A DNA stretch of 64,000 nucleotides from Promethearchaeota archaeon. GTDB lineage: Archaea > Asgardarchaeota > Heimdallarchaeia > Hodarchaeales > Hodarchaeaceae. The notes beneath the pieces are model-generated. The model was not told where the DNA came from and ran no database searches. It worked only from the letters and a program-made list of their open reading frames with translations. The position numbers were made by a program, and so were the translations under genes. This document shows positions 58,706 through 64,000 of this stretch, one piece after another. Position 1 is the first letter of the stretch, and every line of letters begins with the position of its first letter. Location of the stretch: contig JBHLMN010000009.1 of the NCBI GenBank assembly GCA_048938105.1, forward strand, positions 32,001 through 96,000, in the 5' to 3' direction.

Positions 58706-60259
58706 ATGGTCAAGAAAAGATTGGTTCACTTTAGAAGTCGTAGAGAACGTTTTCGAGACTATGTAAAACAGTATTTTAAACATTGGCATGGGATTGTTGG
58801 GCTCGTTATTCTAATTATGTTCTTCTTAATGGCCTTACTTGCCCCAATTCTCACTTTTATAGGAATTTTTCCACCCCATATTTTTACTTTGGGTTACGAG
58901 TCTTATATTGGCAGTACTTATTCCCCTCCTCAATGGTCAACCCAATTTGACCCTTTAGCTCCACCAACAGGTAATTATATTCCTGATTCTTCTTTCGAAG
59001 AAGATGAGAGCTGGCAGTTTGAAGCTAATAACCCTGAAATTGCATCTTACTCTTATAATGAAACTGATTTTATTACTGGTTTCCGATCAGTCCAGTTCAC
59101 AATTATAGATAACGACACTAAAAAGGATATACTGAGAAGTTCTTGTAAAGGGATGATAGATTTTGAATGGAAGAATAAGCAACCAGAAGAAGCATTCCTT
59201 ATCTGTTACATAAAAGTCCGCTTTGCAGGGAATTTGACATCAACTTCAGTTTATCCTTATATGAAATTTAACCTGCCAAAAGGAGTTCCTCTAAATCCAA
59301 CTCAAGCTTACTTTGACATTAGGCCCCCTCCTCTTTCTGAATGGTTGTTAATTGAAAGACCTCTTAGTTTTATGACTAAATACTACGTATTTCAACAAGA
59401 CAGTTTAATTTCTGTTGAGATAGGGGTCGAATATATCAACGATAATCCTTCCCAAAGTGGAAAAGTACAGGTTTGGTTTGATCAAATTGAACTTAAAGGA
59501 ACAAGACCTGGGCAAGGTCTTCTTGGAAAAAATCATTTAGGATTAGACATTTTTGTGCAACTATTCTGGGCTGCACAAGTACCCCTTTTTGTAGGGGTAT
59601 TCGCAGCTCTCATATCCGTCGGATTTGGTTTAATAGTAGGATTAAATGCAGGATATCGTGGTGGGCGATTTGATAATTTCACTATGAGAATCTGCGATGT
59701 AATCCTAATCTATCCACCTCTTCCAATAATCTTTGTGCTTTCAGCTCAATTTCGGGCTTCATTATTTTTATTAACTTGTTTCATTGCTCTTTTTTCATGG
59801 CCTACAACAGCTCGGATCATTCGCTCACAAGTTCTAGTCGAGCGTGAAAAAGGCTACGTCGAAGCTGTTAAAGCTTCTGGGGGAAGTGATTGGTATATTA
59901 TGTTACATCATATATTACCAAATATCATAGGCCTAGTACTCGTCCAAATCACAACAAGTGCAGCAAATGCAATTCTTCTTGAATCAGGATTGGTCTTTTT
60001 AGATTATCCAATTTTTACAACTTCATCCAATGCGGTTAGTGATCGAAGAACGAAGGTACTCTTGCCTTGGTTTTCATGGGGGTATATGCTAGCTGAAGCT
60101 CAATATGAAGGAGGTTTAGTTCAAGGAGCTTGGTGGTGTATTATCCCAGCAGGGGTCTGTATTGGATTGTTGGTCATCGCTTTCATGTTTATTGGTCATG
60201 CGATTAATAAGACATTGAATCCCCACTTATGGAACGACGAAACCAGAAAATTATTTTGA
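58706..60259 (+). CDS. Oligo/dipeptide ABC transporter permease (OppC/DppC-like) with a large extracellular insertion
   Basis: LLGKNHLGLDIF, AGYRGG.FD, ARIIRSQVL...YVEAVKASGG (EAA motif), HILPN and SWG.ML. About 190-aa insertion after TM1. Confidence 0.9.
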   Translation: MVKKRLVHFRSRRERFRDYVKQYFKHWHGIVGLVILIMFFLMALLAPILTFIGIFPPHIFTLGYESYIGSTYSPPQWSTQFDPLAPPTGNYIPDSSFEEDESWQFEANNPEIASYSYNETDFITGFRSVQFTIIDNDTKKDILRSSCKGMIDFEWKNKQPEEAFLICYIKVRFAGNLTSTSVYPYMKFNLPKGVPLNPTQAYFDIRPPPLSEWLLIERPLSFMTKYYVFQQDSLISVEIGVEYINDNPSQSGKVQVWFDQIELKGTRPGQGLLGKNHLGLDIFVQLFWAAQVPLFVGVFAALISVGFGLIVGLNAGYRGGRFDNFTMRICDVILIYPPLPIIFVLSAQFRASLFLLTCFIALFSWPTTARIIRSQVLVEREKGYVEAVKASGGSDWYIMLHHILPNIIGLVLVQITTSAANAILLESGLVFLDYPIFTTSSNAVSDRRTKVLLPWFSWGYMLAEAQYEGGLVQGAWWCIIPAGVCIGLLVIAFMFIGHAINKTLNPHLWNDETRKLF

Positions 60260-60327
60260 GTAGGGATAATTTAGTTGTTTAAGCATTTTGTATAAAAAAT
60301 AAAAAAAAAAGAAAGGTAAGCTTATGT

Positions 60328-62175
60328 TCACACAAGCTTTTGTTTTCTGATAATTATTACAATTGATACAAGACCGACTAATGTGACTAGTCCTGGTAGT
60401 GATGTTATTTGAATATCTGGAGCTGATGATTCACTTGAGCTAGGTTGAGACGAAGTAGAGACTGTTGTCTCACTAGAGATTGTAGTTTCGGGAGGTTTTT
60501 CTGGTTCCTTGAATAGCCTTGCATCTACTTCGTAGAGTACAGTTCCGGAAGTATTAGTAATTTTAGTATAATACCTTTCAAACCAACCACTGTTAAGATC
60601 GTAGGTAAAATTGTAATATTCTTTCAATTGGACTTCAGGCCTCTTGAACTCTAATTCAAATCGAACAAATCCACCATTGTAGATAATTTCCCATTCAGTA
60701 TTCAAGAAGACCTCATTAATTAGAGTGGTATTAGTAGTCATGAAAATAGAGTGGGGTTGGCTAATATAGTTAAGATCAATAGAGAATCCTCCTAAAGTAT
60801 CAATCACTTCTCCAGTGGGCTTAAATATCACCTGTGTGTATTCAATTTTTGTTTCGTCGATATTGGTGATAGTTAGATTGGTTAAATCTCCTGAATTATA
60901 ATCCTTACCTCCATAAAAGGAATATGGATCATCAAATTTTATAAATTCATAGGTCTTTTGGTCACCAGTTTGGATATCGCCAAGAGTGTAATGAGCTGGG
61001 TTAACTTTTACAGAAACATGGACTGGATCATATAAGCCGTATTCTACCTCTCCAATAATGGTTTCACCCTCAGAGGTATTATAAAGTACTTGATACATAT
61101 TGATAAGCCAACCACTTGTGAGATCGTACCTACAATGACAATATTCTTTTCGATTGAAATCAGGTTCTTCGACAGCAATTTTAAATTCCATGACATCATT
61201 TAGATAGGTAGCCTCCCAACCAGAGCCAGATAAAACCTCGTTAATGAGGGTTGTATTTGTAGTTGTGAGAAGAGAAGGAGTAAAATAGAGATAATCGCGG
61301 GAGATCTCCATTCCCGAAGCAGTTTGGAAGATAGTACCGTTAGGGAAATATAGTACCTGTGAAAATACAATTGAATAGAAATCAATTGCGTCAATGGTCA
61401 CATTAACAAAAATGCCCTGAAAGATTTCATTACCAGTATATTTTTTGATAAAATATGTCCTGACATCACCCGCTTGAAGACCACCCACTGTAAAATACGA
61501 GGGATCAACTTCAACATAAATATTCTTTGTGTCAATAATCTCTATAGCAAGATCATAGCTAGACAAATCAAGAGTGGAATTATAATTATCCACGCTCATA
61601 GAAGCCAACCAACCAGTAGCTCGATAGTATGTTGACCGAACAGACATATTGGAATCGCCATAATAGCGAGATTCGTTTTCAAAGTACATATATGAATCCT
61701 CGAGCCAATAAGCATCAATGGTTGTTTGACTTAATGCAACGTCGATTAAAGTGGTGTTGGTTGTCATGATAGCGAAAGTGATATCATAACCTACTCTAAA
61801 ATTATCAATTCTCTGGTAAAACGGATCAGGAATGAACTCAGAACCGTTTTGCAGAATAAAAGTGTCTTCAAACGTAATTGTCGTCTTATTAATGTCTGTG
61901 ATCTTCACTTCGACTTTATCACCAGAAGATAAAGTCACATTTTTGAGAAATCCCCCAAAAGAAAGTTGAATATCCATTGTTTTTAGTTTACTCCCGTTTG
62001 GATGGAGAGAAATGATATTATTGTAAGTATACGTTCGTTTGTCATCTACATCGGTATTAAACGTATAATTAGATGGATCAACTGGAACAGCAGGGCTGAA
62101 AAAGACACTATTTAAATTTAGAATAAAACAATTCAATAATATTACAATTAAACAAATTTTATGGGATTTTTTCAT
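60328..62175 (-). CDS. Membrane-anchored surface protein with three ~170-aa repeats
   Basis: Three copies of V(D/N)P..(Y/F)T...D.(R/K)TY, TTNTTLI and Y...(S/T)GW. S/T/P linker, LPG + TM + RKQK. Confidence 0.85.
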   Translation of the reverse strand: MKKSHKICLIVILLNCFILNLNSVFFSPAVPVDPSNYTFNTDVDDKRTYTYNNIISLHPNGSKLKTMDIQLSFGGFLKNVTLSSGDKVEVKITDINKTTITFEDTFILQNGSEFIPDPFYQRIDNFRVGYDITFAIMTTNTTLIDVALSQTTIDAYWLEDSYMYFENESRYYGDSNMSVRSTYYRATGWLASMSVDNYNSTLDLSSYDLAIEIIDTKNIYVEVDPSYFTVGGLQAGDVRTYFIKKYTGNEIFQGIFVNVTIDAIDFYSIVFSQVLYFPNGTIFQTASGMEISRDYLYFTPSLLTTTNTTLINEVLSGSGWEATYLNDVMEFKIAVEEPDFNRKEYCHCRYDLTSGWLINMYQVLYNTSEGETIIGEVEYGLYDPVHVSVKVNPAHYTLGDIQTGDQKTYEFIKFDDPYSFYGGKDYNSGDLTNLTITNIDETKIEYTQVIFKPTGEVIDTLGGFSIDLNYISQPHSIFMTTNTTLINEVFLNTEWEIIYNGGFVRFELEFKRPEVQLKEYYNFTYDLNSGWFERYYTKITNTSGTVLYEVDARLFKEPEKPPETTISSETTVSTSSQPSSSESSAPDIQITSLPGLVTLVGLVSIVIIIRKQKLV

Positions 62176-62662
62176 GATTTCTATCTCCTTTCAAAGAAAA
62201 AAGGTTTGCAGAATCAATTATTTCGATGAATTCTATTTGAATAATGTTGATTCTTAGGTTTTTCATACCATTGGTAAAGTGATGGAATTAATGAATATAA
62301 ATGATTCTATATTAGTGGATCTCGTGAAACAAGATAAAATTTCTTTGATTATTGAAAAAATCTATATCCTAAATGAGATTGTAAAGGTATATCTAAAAAT
62401 TGAGTCAAGAAATAGTATTTTAAAAGATTTTTTTTAAGATAGATGAATAATAGGAAAACAGATACAGTAACAGAAAGGAATGATACCCTTTTATCAGAGT
62501 GAATTTAAGTTTATTACTTTGTAAGTCATTGTGGCGAACCACATGCAATTGTGTGTGCGTATAAAATACCAGGAAAATTATCTAATTGTATTTGTATTAG
62601 TACACCTAAACCACCAGAACTTGGTAAAAAGTACCTTTCAGGTTATTAAGAATCAATATCTT

Positions 62663-62910
62663 CTATATCTCTTGAGTTATTTGAGTCTTCTTTTGTCTAA
62701 AATTGCCTACATATATCAAAATTAATCCAGAGACAAACAGGGCAAGGATTATTGGCACCAATGGGAGATAGTTTATTAATCGAATATTATCAAAATCAAT
62801 TGTCATCAAAGCCCACAAAGGCTGATAAACAAGGCATAACATAATAGCTAGAAAGATACAAATCCGTCCAAATGTATACCATTCGATGAAAGATTTCTTT
62901 TTTTTGTCAT
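62663..62910 (-). pseudogene. Small two-TM membrane protein frameshifted in an A8 run just after the start codon
   Basis: ATG at 62910. Adding one A (run 62898-62905) gives MTKKKKSFIEWYTFGRICIFLAIMLCLVYQPLW...LPLVPIILALFVSGLILIYVGNFRQKKTQITQEI*. The span is 248 nt, one short of a multiple of 3. Confidence 0.55.
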
Positions 62911-63132
62911 ATATCTACATGATTTAATAGAAGATCTATCATTCTCTCAAGAGTTAAAGTATACACAGAAACTAATTAAATCACTGATTTGATTTCAGTA
63001 ATTCTGAGTGTAATAACTCCATTTTTCTTTTAGTTAAAGAAAAAGAAGAATTATGATTCGACAATATATTTCCTAATTGATTTACAAATATTACCATAAG
63101 CAAGTGAAGATATCCATTGAGAAGATGATCTT

Positions 63133-64000
63133 ATGAGAGAAAATGAGGTCTTTACTTTACAGAATGGGAAAAAACTGGGTTATGCTAAGTATGGAGCTGA
63201 CGAAGGAACTCCATTGTTTCATTTTCATGGGACTGGGAGTTCTCGTTTGGAGGGGAAGCTTTTCCACACAAAAGGATTAGAAAAAAATATCCGAATAATT
63301 ACTATAGATCGCCCAGGATTCGGTTTATCTGATTTTCAAAATAGAAAGTTGTTAGAGTGGCCTGATACAGTTTTAGAACTTGCACAATTCTTAGAAATCA
63401 AAAAGTTCTCTATCATGGGTATTTCTGGGGGTGGACCACATTGTATCGTATGTGCTTACAAGATTCCTGAAAGATTACGAAATTGTATAGCTATTGGTAC
63501 CCCTGGACCACCAGAAATTGAAACCAAGCATTTTCCTTGGTTATTGAGAGTACAAGGGTGGATATTCAAGCATTTCCCATTCACTTATAGGCAATACATG
63601 AAAATGATATCAAAGACCAGTTCTGATCCTGAGCAATTAAGGAACTTTACCCGAAAACATAAGAAGCGATATCCACCTGCTGATGCTAAATTTATCCTTG
63701 AAGACAGTGGAGAGAACTTACAACTTATTACAAGAGCAATAAGAGAAGGGACACAGCATACTTTTAAAGGAGCAGTCCATGAAATGAAACTCTTTTCTTC
63801 TTCATGGGGTTTTCAATTGCAAGATATTTCTCCCAATCAGAAAATTATTCTTTGGCATGGAGAAGATGATCTGACATTTAATGCAGCGAAAGAAATGAAT
63901 GAAATCATTCCTAATTGTGAGGCAAGATTTTTTCCAAACGAAGGGCATTTTTCTGTTTATATGAATTATTTAGAAGAACTTTTCCAACAATTATTAACTT
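63133..64000 (+). CDS. Alpha/beta hydrolase, 3' end runs off the window (absent from the ORF track)
   Basis: MRENEVFTLQNGKKLGYAKYG...FHFHGTGSSRLE, IDRPGFGLSD, GISGGGP, LWHGEDD and PNEGHFS. No stop before 64000. Confidence 0.9.
   Translation, partial: MRENEVFTLQNGKKLGYAKYGADEGTPLFHFHGTGSSRLEGKLFHTKGLEKNIRIITIDRPGFGLSDFQNRKLLEWPDTVLELAQFLEIKKFSIMGISGGGPHCIVCAYKIPERLRNCIAIGTPGPPEIETKHFPWLLRVQGWIFKHFPFTYRQYMKMISKTSSDPEQLRNFTRKHKKRYPPADAKFILEDSGENLQLITRAIREGTQHTFKGAVHEMKLFSSSWGFQLQDISPNQKIILWHGEDDLTFNAAKEMNEIIPNCEARFFPNEGHFSVYMNYLEELFQQLLT

Noticed and set aside
920-62725. Short ORFs in the track that overlap longer genes (e.g. 3395-3640, 20199-20606, 26738-27190, 39453-39815, 50215-50520) and the short ORFs 30701-30886 and 62531-62725
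   Set aside because: Most are antisense or off-frame shadows of well-supported genes, and none has a recognisable motif.

Overview
AT-rich chromosomal segment of an archaeon. The gene content points to an Asgard (Heimdall/Hodarchaeales-like) lineage, which is an inference from an archaeal/eukaryotic-type TyrRS, form III RuBisCO, a longin-like protein, PGF-CTERM surface proteins and Asgard-style repeat proteins. About 45 CDS or CDS remnants were found, with no rRNA, tRNA, CRISPR array or transposase. From left to right: a MinD/ParA ATPase and a tandem winged-helix protein face away from two giant, translationally coupled PGF-anchored surface proteins (1568 and 1718 aa). Next is a double-length UvrA (four ABC modules, asymmetric halves) coupled to a QW-repeat alpha-toroid protein. 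Then come a beta-helix surface protein, a HemL-like aminotransferase, a LutB/CCG pair, a maspardin-like hydrolase, RuBisCO, a YcaQ-like glycosylase, an orphan M.MthZI-like m4C methylase, a CDF transporter, TyrRS and a racemase (plus a second racemase 3' remnant). These are followed by FtsX and MMPL transporters, a divergent stand-alone eL30/L7Ae-like protein, a decaying zone at 46.7-51.4 kb, a homopolymer-frameshifted beta-helix gene, the longin-like protein, OppC, a three-repeat surface protein and a hydrolase running off the window end. The best candidates for an undescribed system are the fused asymmetric UvrA plus QW-toroid module and the ParA/wHTH/giant surface protein locus. All family calls come from motif recognition and recalled sequences; no database searches were run.
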